A DNA stretch of 64,000 bases from Podarcis vaucheri (GCA_965113315.1 OZ220370.1); one strand, 5' to 3'. Shown: positions 24,309 to 36,939, counted from the stretch's first letter. The notes: generated by a model from the letters alone, not told the origin. Program-made: numbers and translations.

Positions 24309-25349
24309 AAAGCGTTTGCCTATGCTGACGAAGACGAAGGCAGACCTGCAAATGACTGTCTCCTGATATATGATCATGAGGGGATAGGCTCTCCTGTTGG
24401 TTCCATTGGCTGTTGCAGTTTTATTGGCGATGATCTGGATGACACCTATCTAGATACACTGGGACCTAAGTTTAAGACCTTGGCAGAAATCTGCCTGGGT
24501 GTGCAAATTGAGCCATTCCCAGATACTGACTCAAATTGGCCATCTTTGCCCAATCCTGATCTCGATATAAGCCTGCCACCGCCTGGAACTACCATCGTTG
24601 TTAATACATCTTCAACTATGACTCCACCTCCTCCTGTTGGCAGCACGACGGTTGTTACTGAAAATACCTACACAACTACTTCTGCTGTACAGCCTCCAAG
24701 GCCTGATCCTATGCTCCAAGGCAATGTAGTGGTGACTGAGACGTATACAACGGGGCCAACAATGAAACCTCCTACAATGAATGTCGATCCTCTGTGTGGA
24801 TCAAATGTTGTGGTAACAGAAAGGGTGCTTGCTCCTGGCGCGGTCACTGATTTGCATGGCATGATAGATATTCCAGAGCTACCAGATGGGTCCAATGTGG
24901 TGGTCACAGAAAGGGTGATTGCTCCAAATGCAAGGATGCCCCCTTCCATGAGTATTCCTGACCTGTCTGAGGGGTCAAATGTAGTGGTGACGGAAAGAGT
25001 GATTCGACCTGTTGGAGGCATGCAGGGCAATTTGAGCATTCCTTCTGAGTTATCAGGTGGACGCAATGTGGTTGTTACTGAAAGAGTAGTGTCAGGGGCA
25101 GGAATGAGTGGAGGCATTGGTGGCATGAGTAGCATCCCTTCTGAGTTATCAGGTGGACGCAATGTGGTTGTTACTGAAAGAGTAGTGTCAGGGGCAGGAA
25201 TGAGTGGCGGCGTTGGCAGCATGAGTGGCATCACAGGTCAAATGCTGAGTCCCGATAATCTCTTTAGCCAAACAATAGGATCCGCTTCTCCTGGTACGAG
25301 TCGAAAGCGAGTGACAAAATACAGCACTATTCAGTATTCAAATCAATAA
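24309..25349 (+). CDS. DSG1: Desmoglein-1-like terminal exon 16 (ICS, proline linker, repeat unit domain, terminal domain; stop TAA)
   Basis: [22 protein letters not shown]...LGPKFKTLA; six NVVVTE repeats; C-terminus [24 protein letters not shown] closely matches the mammalian DSG1 tail as recalled. Confidence 0.96.
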   Translation, partial: KAFAYADEDEGRPANDCLLIYDHEGIGSPVGSIGCCSFIGDDLDDTYLDTLGPKFKTLAEICLGVQIEPFPDTDSNWPSLPNPDLDISLPPPGTTIVVNTSSTMTPPPPVGSTTVVTENTYTTTSAVQPPRPDPMLQGNVVVTETYTTGPTMKPPTMNVDPLCGSNVVVTERVLAPGAVTDLHGMIDIPELPDGSNVVVTERVIAPNARMPPSMSIPDLSEGSNVVVTERVIRPVGGMQGNLSIPSELSGGRNVVVTERVVSGAGMSGGIGGMSSIPSELSGGRNVVVTERVVSGAGMSGGVGSMSGITGQMLSPDNLFSQTIGSASPGTSRKRVTKYSTIQYSNQ

Positions 25350-28300
25350 AGCCTCTTGCAATTACATATTGCTGCAAAACTCCTTTTTAAGAGAGAGATT
25401 TGCCACTGAACAATGTTACTATTTATACATAGCAAATCACATGGGGGGGGGGGAAGAGACTTGCCTGAAAACTTCTTAAAGCTATGCAGACCAAAAAGGA
25501 AATGCAGAATCACTGCCAATATAGGACCACTCTACCACCCTGCCCGCCCCCCATCCACAAATGGCAGTGAATATAATGCAGGAGCCAATGGCACAGACTT
25601 TTAATACATCATTGGTGTTGGAGAGCATTGTGGGTCCATCATGGTGCCTTCTTAATGTCATTTGCTAAAAACACCCTGTGTTTGCTTGCCAGATTATTCA
25701 ATTGTTTTTACCAGCCTGGAAAGAAAATGGAATTGTGCTCAAGGTGACTTTTAGGAACAGCTCCCTTAGGAACACTGGCTGGACTGTTTCACTCAGTTTT
25801 GGAACTGCTTGGTGTATTTCATAGTGCTTGCATAGAATCTCTTCCAAGTAGTAACTTCAGATGTAATGCACAGTTCAATTCTCTAGCTGGCAAACATGAA
25901 GGCGCTAGGTAATAAAGTGAGGGAAAGAGGAAAGAAACAAAATACATCAACTTTTGTATGACAGACTGAAATCCTGTGTGATATCACAGTCAGAATGGCA
26001 GGCTCTTATGAGCTCTTTTAAGGACAACACACAGCCCTGGCAGCAGAGGATTCCAGGTTGTATCTGGTTTAAGCAAAATTATTACAGGTCATTGCAATAT
26101 TGATGAATGATGCATGTTTAAGACCCCATTGAATGCCATCAGTTCTCAGAACATATCAGGCACTCTTTATGACTTTGTATATGATGAATACAAACTCTTC
26201 CTGGCCAGCTACAGGAACCACTCTGGTCATGAAACAATTACCTTTCTGACAGTATACATTACCATCCCTCTACTTAGTTTCCTATAGAGCTTAAACTGCA
26301 TGGCATACTGGCAGGAGGAACAACATACTTGGGAAAAAATGATAACAAGCCAAGAGCACAGGTACGGCTAAGCGAGCCTGTTGTATCATATTTCGAAAGC
26401 AAATTTGATTATTGAATGGTTTCTCTCTGAAGAAACTTGCTCTGATAAATCTGTATTTCCACAAAAGCTTAACATCTCCGGTTAAATATTTGCTATTACC
26501 TTTTTCCAAGCTGCTGCAAAACCCTAAAACTGAAATCCTATGCCTGCCATGGAGTAAGTCCCCACACTGAACCATGGATTACTTGTGGAACAAGCATAAG
26601 ATTGCACTGCTACCCAAATCTTTTCTATGTTGTTTATTGCTTTCATGGAAGCTTAAATGCACACAAAGCTGAGTCAATAAAATACTGAAAATATAGACTA
26701 TATTGGCCAGGATCCAAAGAGCTTCTTCAGGAATACCAAAGGGAACCTGCTTGCATGCACCCAGAAGAATATTGGGCTTTTCTTTCTTTCGTCATCATAT
26801 CCCTATGCTTTATCACAAACTAACACTTTATATATGATCATGAAGGTAAAGGCACATCTGTTGGTTCGACTGACAGTTACATGTTTATTGGAGATATGGC
26901 ATAGGGTGCTTCACTGGGCATGCAAAGGCCCTAGAAAAGTTCTTTGGGTTCTGGCTCACATGCTTAGTTATTTACCATATGTAAGTCGAAAGTAACTGCA
27001 GCATCGACAACATGCTCTGTAATGTAAATATATTTGTTCTTTTCAATGATTGTTCCCCCCCTTCAGATTATAATACTCTGTTCTCTTTACCTTGGAAGTG
27101 CCTTGATTATATTTGGTAGACATCTAAAGAAATTTAAGGACCTTGGTTTTTATGGCTGCTTAAAGGTGCTCCCAGTGTTTCGTTTCCTTCTGTTTTATAA
27201 ATGTGTGTAGTGGAACAGCCAGAAAATGAAAAGTTTCCAATTAGCAATAATGATGCCTTGGATTAACCTCATTAACTACCATACCACCACTGTCATGTCA
27301 ATACAGGATCCATTTCTAATGAAGCTCCTGCAACATTACAGTATTTGGTCCTTATATTTGACTTTCCTTGTGTTACAAAGCCATTCCACTTCAACCATTT
27401 ACTGGCTACTTCTCAACACAGGTTTTTAAAACATCAGAAACAGAACTTAGTTTCTCTTTGTATTTTTTTGGATCTATTCAGTTTCAGTAGCTTTCAGCAC
27501 TTACAAGGGCAAATGTTCACTATAAATTTTAGACCAGTTTAACTATTATGGTTTCACCCAAAGAATCCTGGGAATTATAGCTGAGTAGGTGGCCTGAGAA
27601 TTCACTATTAGAGCTCTATGGCACAAAACTACTGATTCAATAATTCCTTGTAGGAGCAAATATATGGTCATTGTGAGTGCAGTTATGCCCACAGTCAGAG
27701 ACAGTCACCATTTTGGCATATTTCAATTGTACAAGATAGTTCCATTCTGTCCGAATAATTATGTTGTATTTAAAATATTTAGTTGGGTATTAATTTTGAT
27801 TTGGTTATGGTTACTTATAAATGTAAATAACCATTGCTGCTGAGCAGTCTTCATTCAACCCACAATTGTACACATGAGGAAGCCCCGAAGAAGCTAAACT
27901 TCAAGGCAACTCTTTCTCTTTTGTGTGTTAACAACAAGGACTGCCAGTAACAAATAAGCTTCTCTAAAGTAAGAAACATGCACTCATTTGATAATAGACA
28001 TCAGAACATAGGTGTTTTTATTTTTAAAAACGTACTTCCTTACACAATATATTTTAAGCTGGTCTAAAATATTAGTACCCTAGAATTGCATGGCTGTAAT
28101 TAGCACAGTCACTTTTCACTCTTCTCTTCATGTTTATTGAAACTACTGTCTGGGAATAAAAATAATCCTAATACAAAACCTTTTTTTAATGAAAGAAGGG
28201 TTTGTTGGTTTGTTTTTGTCTGTCTATAGTACGATGCACTGATACGCCTTAGAAATGAACTGTTTAATACTTAGCAAACATAGGCTTTAACACTTACTTT

Positions 28301-28540
28301 TTCACTTATCAACTAGCAATAACATTGCCCTTCTAGTACCTAAAGCACTTGTTAGTAATAACCCCTATTGCTGTTTTCTGCTGTGATCGGGTTTTGTTTT
28401 GGTTTTTTTTAAAGAATTGCTTTGTTTGTGAGTAAACTACTGAAGCTCTGTGGTTACAATAAACTGGCAAACAAGCTTATATTTGAAGATGTAAAATAAT
28501 ATTCTGTTTAATAAAAACTTCTGGCCAAACTTGTTTGATT
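25350..28540 (+). terminator. Putative long 3' UTR with several AATAAA signals (25345, 25911, 26676, 28155, 28458, 28510)
   Basis: AT-rich and free of recognisable repeats; the 28155 and 28510 hexamers are followed by GT/T-rich tracts. True end unknown. Confidence 0.5.
26830..26895 (+). pseudogene. Degenerate copy of a desmoglein terminal-exon segment (IYDHEGKGTSVGSTDSYMFIGD)
   Basis: Gapless 52/66 nt identity to 24366-24431; in-frame TAG three codons later. Confidence 0.8.
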
Positions 28541-28754
28541 TCTTTACTGATGGAAGTGATTTGTAGTCTAAAGAGATACTTGTGCTGCAACCCTAATGTT
28601 TTTTAAACATTGTTTTAAGCAATTTTTTTTAAAACATTGGACCTTGGGCCACTTGCAGGTGGGCCACGGTACCATATTCTCACTTGCCTGCCCTGCCCCA
28701 TATATGTATGTCATACATCTTCGGTCAGGCCAATGCCAGCACCAGTAGCTCCTT

Positions 28755-29115
28755 AAAGGTAAAGGGACCCCTGACCATTAGGTCCAGTTGTGATCGACTC
28801 TGGAGTTGCAGCGCTCATCTCGCTTTACTGGCCGAGGAAGCCGGCATTTGTCTGCAGACAGCTTCTGGGTCATGTGGCCAGCATGACTAAGCTGCTTCTG
28901 GCAAACCAGAGTAGCGCACGGAAACGCCTTTTACCTTCCCGCCGGAGCGGTACCTATTTATCTACTTGCACTTTGACGTGCTTTCGAACTGCTAGGTGTG
29001 CAGGAGCTGGGACCGAGCAACAGGAGCTCACCCCGTTGCGGGGATTCGAGCCACCGACCTTCTGATCGGCAAGTCCTAGGCTCTGTGGTGTAACCCACAG
29101 CGCCACCCACGCTCC
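28755..29115 (-). mobile_element. Sauria SINE
   Basis: Full-length reverse copy. Confidence 0.9.
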
Positions 29116-29223
29116 TTGGGTGAAGAGTAAAAATGGCTGGAAGACAAAGAATGGGGTGGGAAAGGTATTCATACTCTAAGGGGAAAGGCTGTTGAAGGAA
29201 ATTACAAAGTGAGATGAGACATA

Positions 29224-30452
29224 AAGTGGTACCTTGGTTCTTATACTTAATCCATTCCAGAAGTCTGTTCCAAAACCAAAGCATTCCAAAACCAAGGTGC
29301 GCTTTCCCATAGAAAGTAAGGCAAAATGAATTAATCCATCCCAGACAATTAAAAGCAACCCCCAAAACAGCAATTCAACATGAATTTTACTATCTAATGA
29401 GACCATTGTTTCATAAAATGAAAGCAATAAACCATGCAATCTACCTGTACTACCCAGTATCAGAAACTGGCAGTGATCTACCCGTTGCCATTGGAGGGAC
29501 GAGATGGGAGGAGGGAATTTAAGTGGAGGGTTGGAAACACTCAAACTGGAGGAACGAGGAGCGTGTGGGGAAGGAGGTGGCTAACAGGATCCGAGCGGGA
29601 GGGGGGAGTTTAAGTGGGGCGGGGGGGAGAGGCAAAAGTTCTCTCCCCGCGCCCAAACCAACCCCCCTCCTCCCTCCTGCATGTTTTCCGGCATCATAAT
29701 CTGCCCAGTCCCGGGCACGGCGGCACCAGGACGCGACAGCAGCACCGGAACGTGGAGGGGAGGAGGCGGCTGCGCTCCTAGCCGCCAGACGCTGAGCCGG
29801 GTGGGCTGGAGCCTGCTCGCAGGGCGAGCGCCCTATCCCCTGCTCGGGAATGCGGCGCCCACACTGCCTTGCCTGGACCTCGCTTGGGGTCGGGCTTGGG
29901 ACAGGGGGGAAGGAGGGAAGGCGAGGGGGCGGGAAGGTCAACTTGCCCAGCATAGTTTCCCCACCACACGCTTCCCCCCCCCCCAAAAAAACCCACCACC
30001 TCTGCGCCCTGGGGGAAAGTCGCTAACTTCCAAGTCTCTCTACTCTGGAATCACTTACATTCCGAGGAGCTACTTTGCAGTGGCGTAGCGTGGGTTGTCA
30101 GCACCCGGGGCAAGGCAAGTAATTTGCGCCCCCTAACCCGTGGATTTGCGCCCCCTAACCCTAACCCCAGATGTTGCGCCCGGTGCGGCCGGCCCCCCCT
30201 GCACCCCCCACGCTACGCCACTGCTACTTTGTACCTAGGAAAGAGGCGCTTGCCAGCAGAGGAAAGGGAAGGAAGCTGCAGCAGTCACTGCTGGGGCCAA
30301 GCCGCTCGCTCAAAACAGAAGTGTGCACTCAAATCGGATCACGTTCGGTTTCCGAAAAATGTTCGAAAACCGGAACACTTATTTCTGGGTTTGAAGTATT
30401 CGGGTTCCAAGTAGTTCGAGAACTAAGCTGTTCGAAAACCGAGCTACCACTG
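29224..30452. mobile_element. 1.2-kb non-autonomous Tigger/pogo-like element with GC/CpG-rich interior
   Basis: TA-AAGTGGTACCTTGGTT...AACCGAGCTACCACTG-TA. Confidence 0.7.
30078..30223. mobile_element. hAT MITE containing CCCTAA units
   Basis: Perfect TIR CAGTGGCGTAGCGTG/CACGCTACGCCACTG, exact 8-bp TSD ctactttg. Confidence 0.9.
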
Positions 30453-30589
30453 TACTGCACACACACCTTACAGACAACATGCTAAGCCCAGCCTTGAGTG
30501 CAAGGGAGGGGTGTCAAAAAAGGGAGGGGGAGGGAGAGTCGTAGTCCCAGTAGCAGTGCCACTCCTCCCGGCAAATGACCCAAGTGAGG

Positions 30590-31282
30590 TGTGATAGAAT
30601 AACATTTTACAGACAACGATTTGGATTAAAAATGGTCACAACTTTATTGATTACAGGTGTAGGTAGAATTTTTGGTTCAGGCATTGGTTATGTATCCGTT
30701 TCAGTTACTTGCCAGAGGGCTGAAACCTTTTCAGGGACGTGCCAAGGAATGTGGCCTCCCCAAGACACTGATCTAGTGAACTGGCCGACCTAAGGCTGCC
30801 ACTGGAAGCTCTATGGTCTATCTGCAGCAAGCTTGGTTTCTGGACCCCAAGACCCCTTTAAATGGAGCATCAGGGTGTATGTACATATATCCCTACGAGG
30901 ACCATGTGCAGGTGAGGCATTGTGGGGGCTTGGGACCAGCAGGCAAACACTGATGCGGACACATATCCACACAAGCACACTGTGTTGAAAGGTAGCACAC
31001 ACAGAGCATATCTGCGCAGGGCTAAACTGAGGTATGGACTGAGGGCAATTTTGCTTGGGCAACTTCCAGGAAGGAAAGGCAATGAGTTCAATGAAGAATT
31101 AAAAGGGATTAAGAAAGGTGGGAGCAGGGCTAACATGATGCAATGGAGTTGCATATGCCATGAATTTCAATTGGCCTGAGGATCTCGATATATATGCTAA
31201 TCCTAATGAGTATGATCTCTTTTGCAAGTCAGTGATGTCAGTGGTAGTAGAACAATAGGACACATGTATAGATCACGTCACA
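30590..31282 (-). mobile_element. Possible solo LTR
   Basis: TGTGA...TCACA termini, minus-strand AATAAA near 30644; no clean TSD. Confidence 0.3.
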
Positions 31283-31362
31283 GGGTGGATGGGGATATGC
31301 ATACATCCATACACCCAAAAGCGCAACACACAACATGTTCCTAACACAGCATGTCAGCAATA

Positions 31363-31604
31363 CAGTGGTACCTTGGGATAAGTACTTAATTCGTTCCGAA
31401 GGTTCGTTCTTAACCTGAAACTGTTCTTCACCTGAAGCACCACTTTAGCTAATGGGGCCTGCTGCAGCCGCTGCGCGGCCGCAGCACGATTTCTGTTCTC
31501 ATCCTGAAGCAAAGTTCTTAACCCGAGGTACTATTTTTGGGTTAGCGGAGTCTGTAACCTGAAGCATATGTAACCTGAAGCATATGTAACCCGAGGTACC
31601 ACTG
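31363..31604. mobile_element. Tigger/pogo-like MITE
   Basis: CAGTGGTACC TIRs, TA TSD, internal AACCTGAAGC repeats; same family inverted at 44515-44753. Confidence 0.9.
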
Positions 31605-31689
31605 TAGTAGATAGTGTTTGATTGGTAAACAGGCAGCTTAAGCAGCATGTACCAATTCCTGTGGAAATTGAGTGAAAGCAAAATATGTT

Positions 31690-32282
31690 TTAGCAGTCAA
31701 CGAAACTGGAAAAGGTCCACACATGGTGGACATGTAGAAAGATGAAAGAATATTGGAAAATTGTTTATAATGAGTTGAAAAAATGTTTAAATTTACCTTC
31801 CCTAAAAAACTAGAGTCCTTTTTGTTGGGAATAACCCCGACAGAAATTTCCAGGTGCCAGAAAAGTTTATTTATGTATGCAACAACAGCGGCCTGTGTTT
31901 TGTTAGCCCCAAAATGGAAAGTGAGCGAGGTTCCTTGGAAAGAGGATTAGCAACTTAAGATGTTAGAATATGCAGATCTTACAGGTTTAACACACAGAAT
32001 AAGAGAGCAAGAAGAATGTATATTTAAAGAAGAGTGGAAAATATTTATTGAATATATGGAAAATAATTGTACACAGCTGAAAACACTCGCAGCATTAAGA
32101 TAAATTCAACAGAGTAAATAATATTTGATTGATATAAAAGTGGAAAATTGATATGAATGGTTAGAGTAAAATATGCAGGAAAGTATGATATGTAATATGA
32201 ACCATGGAAGGAGAAGAAGGGAAGTCACTGGATATTTTAAAGTTTGCAAAATGTTTAATTTGAAATGTAAAAAAGGAAAACT

Positions 32283-32288
<6 letters not shown>
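31690..32288 (+). mobile_element. L1-clade LINE 3' fragment
   Basis: Frame-disrupted ...WTC...EYWKIVYNELKK...FMYATTAA...KWK, typical squamate L1 ORF2 end; A-rich 3' UTR. Confidence 0.75.
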
Positions 32289-32330
<42 letters not shown>

Positions 32331-32333
<3 letters not shown>

Positions 32334-32616
32334 TTTCGTAGATTTTCACGGGTATAGGAATGCAGGTTTTGGTGTCTTCGGGTGTCTTCCCGTGTAAGAG
32401 TCGGGGTGTCTGTGCGACGTTTCGACGAGGTCTCACTCGTCATCTTCAGGCTGGTGCTTTCGGCTTCTTGTTCCAGTAACAAGAAGCCGAAAGCACCAGC
32501 CTGAAGATGACGAGTGAGACCTCGTCGAAACGTCGCACAGACACCCCGACTCTTACACGGGAAGACACCCGAAGACACCAAAACCTGCATTCCTGTACCC
32601 GTGAAAATCTACGAAA

Positions 32617-32649
<33 letters not shown>

Positions 32650-32769
32650 TTTTGGTGTCTTCGGGTGTCTTCCCGTGTAAGAGTCGGGGTGTCTGGGCGA
32701 CGTTTCGACGAGGTCTCACTCGTCATCTTCAGGCTGGTGCTTTCGGCTTCTTGTTACTGGAACAGAGCC
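32331..32769. mobile_element. Penelope-like element terminal-repeat fragments (inverted pair + third copy) in (TA)n
   Basis: Three copies of one ~140-bp unit carrying a hammerhead core; inverted arrangement typical of PLEs. Confidence 0.75.
32499..32536 (+). ncRNA. Minimal type I hammerhead ribozyme motif (copies on - strand at 32416-32449 and 32699-32732)
   Basis: CUGAAGA-U-GACGAG(UGAGAC)CUCGUC-GAAAC-GUC: conserved core, 6-bp stem II, loopless palindromic stem III, short stem I. Confidence 0.75.
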
Positions 32770-33159
32770 ATATATATATATATATATATGGTCCACACAA
32801 AACTTTTTTGAAAGGGAAGTTGTTACAGACACTGTTCTGCAGCCTACCTTATTTTATATATATTTTTCCATGTTTGAGAAATACCAGGGTTGGAGAAGGT
32901 GTTTTATCATATCTTTTCTTTGAAGTACAAAATCTATTCTCTGGGTCTTTAGATGTTAAAAAAAAACCTGACTGGCTGTAGTCAATATTGACATCTTAAT
33001 AGCAATATTCATCAAACTTTGGATCTCCACTTTAACATACCACATCCAGACAATTATGGAGTAACAGATTTCAGGTTTTTGTAGACTTTGTTTACATAGG
33101 CATTTATGTGCTGCTTTTCAACCTTTAACCCCTACCCACCATAAATAGTAAAGCAATAT

Positions 33160-33503
33160 AAAGGTAAAGGTAAAGGGACCCCTGACCATTAGGTCCAGTC
33201 GTGGCCGACTCTGGGGTTGCAGAACTCATCTCGCTTTATTGGCCAGGGAGCCAGCGTACAGCTTCCAGATCATGTGGCCAGCATGGCTAAGCCGCTTCTG
33301 GCGAACCAGAGCAGTACACGGAAACGCCGTTTACCTTCCCGCCGGAGCAGTACCTATTTATCTACTTGCACTTTGACATGCTTTCAAACTGCTAGGGTGC
33401 CAGGAGCAGGGACCGAGCAATGGGAGCTCACCCCATCGCAGGGATTCGAACCGCCAACCTTCTGATCAGCAAGTCCTAGGCTCTGTGGTTTAACCCACAG
33501 CAC
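33160..33503 (-). mobile_element. Sauria SINE
   Basis: Reverse copy, (AAAGGT)n tail. Confidence 0.9.
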
Positions 33504-35197
33504 GTCAGCCGGAACTCAGTTCCAGCATCTCTCAGGTGGGTGCCATTGCCATTATAAGAGAACAAGGGAGGCGTTCATGGTGAGTTGTGGCACTTTTTTC
33601 TAGAAAAATAGCAGTGAATATAATAAACCCAAGGAAGCTAGAAACAGGATAAAATAATCATAGAATAATAAATGAGAGAGCTAGAAGCTTAAATTGGGAA
33701 TACACAATTCAAGGCACATTCTTTCCCCTCAGTTCTGGGTCCTGCAGTTCATCACTCACAGAGTTACAATTCCAGCAACCCTTAACAAACTACAGGGCCC
33801 ACAATTCTTTGAGGGAAATGATGTGCTCTGAATATACTTTAAAGGGATGGTGCGTATGTAGCCCTAGATTAGAACTTTAAACTCGATTTTTTCCCCCTTT
33901 CAGAGTCATCAGAATCAGATACTAGGTGAGTCAGTCTAAGATATGCCCTGGTCTTTTTCCCAAGCTCCCTGAGAAGGAGTTAATCATATCTACGTGATGG
34001 CAAATGCCATTTCTTTGGCTTACTCAGCTAGAGACGGGTGTGGCATCTGTGAATGACGATCTGCAAAAGTTTCACTGAGAATATAAGGATTGTTGTAAGC
34101 ATTCAGTCACAACACAGCAATCTGCATTCATAAAAGAAAATGACTTCACCATTATGTTTGCAGTTGAGGTGGAAAGCAGGAATTGTTCTCCATGCAAAAA
34201 AGGCACCTCCATATTAAATTTTAACCTGGGCTTGCTGGGACTGGCAAAGTAAGCCAATACAAATGGATCTTTTGGGAAAGCGAGTGAAAATATGTGGGTT
34301 TGATTTTTGTGCTAGTTTGTTCATGCTAAGTTGGAGGGTATGAGATTCAAGAGGATAGAAAAGGTGGGTGCTACAGTTAAGAGAAATAAGCAGGGCCCAT
34401 TTCATGAATCCATCTGAACTTGAGTTTTCAGGCCAGTCTATCAGTGGTGCTCTCAGGGTAAGACTTTGGGCAGTGGGACAAGCAGAACCTAGATTTAATA
34501 GCCTTACAGGGAGCCCCCGATTCTGGGTAGTGTAGTTTTCCCCTCAGAGTTATAATTCCCAGCAACCCTTAACAAGCTACAGTGCCCAGAATGATGGAAA
34601 GAATGATATATAGAGTATACTAGATAGTATATATACTATAGTATATAGTATACACTATACTATATACTATATAGTGTATACAAAGCCTTCATAAGTAACA
34701 CACATTTTTCTTTTCTCTCCCCGCCCCCCCCCCCCGCCACCACACCATCCCATGTGTTGCCACTGTTCCTACATTCCTAACATTACTAAATGGTTTGTCA
34801 ACCCTGACTTTAAAAAAGAAAAAGAAACAGTATGCACATTTGCAGTTTTTCACTTTAAACTTACCAGGCATATCCATGGCTTTCTACATTTTCAAATAAG
34901 CAAAATGATGCACATGGCCATCTTAAGAGTGGGGCCCTGGTAAGGCAATTGTCTAAAGTTACCTTAGTTTACTATTTACAAATAGTATTTACAAATGCTC
35001 CTTTAAGTTTAATAACCTGTTAAAGTTCACTAATTCACTCCTATTAAACTTATTTAAGATTCAATCAATCAATTAGATTATTATGGTAATAGATCAGCAG
35101 TATAAAAATGGATAAAAATGCAATAATTATAACAACAAGGTACAATAGAACAAGCAGGAATAAAAACAGGGAGAAGAGAGTCACTAATCAACTAGAA

Positions 35198-35519
35198 CAG
35201 GGGTCAGCAAACTTTTTCAGCAGGGGGCCAGTCCACTGTCCCTCAGACCTTGTGGGGGGCGGACTATATTTTTGGGGGGGAGGGATGAATGAATTCCTAT
35301 GCCCTACAAATAACCCAGAGATGCATTTAAAATAAAAGTACACATTCTACTCATGTAAAAACACCAGGCAGGTCCCACAAATAAACAAGAGATGTGTTTT
35401 AAATAAAAGGACATATTCTACTCATGTAAAAACACGCTGATTCCTGGACCGTCCGTGGGCCGGATTTAGAAGGCAATTGAGCCAGATCCGGTCCTCGGGA
35501 CTTAATTTGCCTACCCATG
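35198..35519. mobile_element. hAT (Charlie-like) non-autonomous element
   Basis: CAGGGGTCAGCAAAC...TTTGCCTACCCATG, TSD aactagaa/aactagag, internal ~70-bp duplication. Confidence 0.75.
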
Positions 35520-36939
35520 AACTAGAGCTTTGAATGTTACTGAAGTGATCCAGTTGAACACTTGTGAAGAATCATGTGTCTGAAACACAAGATTTCGTCA
35601 ACTAAATGGTGGCTAGCGGGTGACCAGGGGAGGGAGGTCACTACCCTGTCCCATTTGTCATTTATGCACCTGCAAATCTCTGAGACTGAGGCCAACCCAT
35701 ACATTATTCATCAGTCACGTATAAGGAGAGTTTGCTGTGGTGGTTAAGTGCACACATGAAGGAATGGCATTCATTTCCAAGCACTCAGGAACATAACAGT
35801 GAACACACACCAAGGAACAGACACCACTGAACTCAGCCCCTGGCACTTCATTGTGTTTACAGACATGCACCTGTCCCAGGCAAGCTCAAATGCCAGAATA
35901 AAGGTGAATCAGCCATGAAGTTAAAGAACTCTCTCACAGCCTGCACAATTCAGACAATGGCTGTGAGACTAAACACACTCAGTGATCACACAGGGTTCTT
36001 TGTTGTACATACTACATGGTAACAAAATGATAATCTTTTATTCCAACAGCTTCAGAGTTTATAATGTAACTGATCTCAACTTTGCCTCCTGCAGTTCTTG
36101 ACTATAAGCTACTGGCAAAACCTGCCTACATAAGGCATCAGGGGTCTCTGGTGGGAAATTTGGCAGCCTTACTTGCTGTTCCACTGTGATAGCCTGCAAG
36201 AGGCACGAATGGCTGGTTTGTTCTCTGTGGCAGAAGTCCTGTGGCCCAGCAGATGGGCAGAAGGTGGCACTGCAGCCACCTTCTAACCACTCAGTTAGGA
36301 TCATGTTATACAATACTTGATGAACATTTAACCAGTGTTATACATTTATCAGTGTATCCTTGATGTGTTACAAAAATGTGACATGCCTAATGTCAAGCCC
36401 AGTAGCATCCTCCCATCTATCAATATTCCTCACCTTTGTCCTTTATCTGTATTTTTTGAACACCCTTCTTTCCCAGCTCCTCCTCCTCCTCCAGTCTATT
36501 CACTTTTCTTCCTCTTTCTTTTATTTCCTATTAATTTAAATTGCGTTCCATACTTCCACAGATGAGCACTAAGCAGCATGCAAAGGGTTTATCTCATTTT
36601 ATCCTCGCAGCAGCCCTGCCAGATGGGGTTGGGTGAGAGAGTGTGGCTGGTCCAGAGTCACTCCAGTGTTACCCATTTCGCAGCAATTTCTCTGCTGTCT
36701 TCTTTCCTTCACATCCTGCGTGTTTCCTGGGACTACATACAGTCACAAAGAAGTAAACAAGCTTCAGAATTCCTCAAAACTCTTCCTCCGGCTGGAAGGT
36801 TAAAGGCGAGGAGTGGGGAGGAGATGTCAGGATGTTTCTGGGAAAGATCAAAGTGCCTTAAGCTTTTTGTTGGTGATCTGGAATTTGGGAGAGTAATGAG
36901 AAAGAGCTGCGTGGGTTTTCTCAGAGTGAGGCTCTGCTG

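Noticed and set aside
24668-25234. 188-aa minus-strand repeat ORF
   Set aside because: Antisense of the desmoglein repeat unit domain.
27105-27146. AAATTTAAGGACCTTGG resembling the KFKTL coding segment as a continuation of the fossil exon
   Set aside because: Too short, needs gaps, and lies about 210 nt from the main match.
29519-30485. CpG-rich block with several ORFs resembling a promoter or gene
   Set aside because: Lies between transposon TIRs; the ORFs are low-complexity products of high GC.
34608-34681. AT-rich inverted repeats (GTATACACTATA...TATAGTGTATAC)
   Set aside because: Low-complexity TA-derived sequence.
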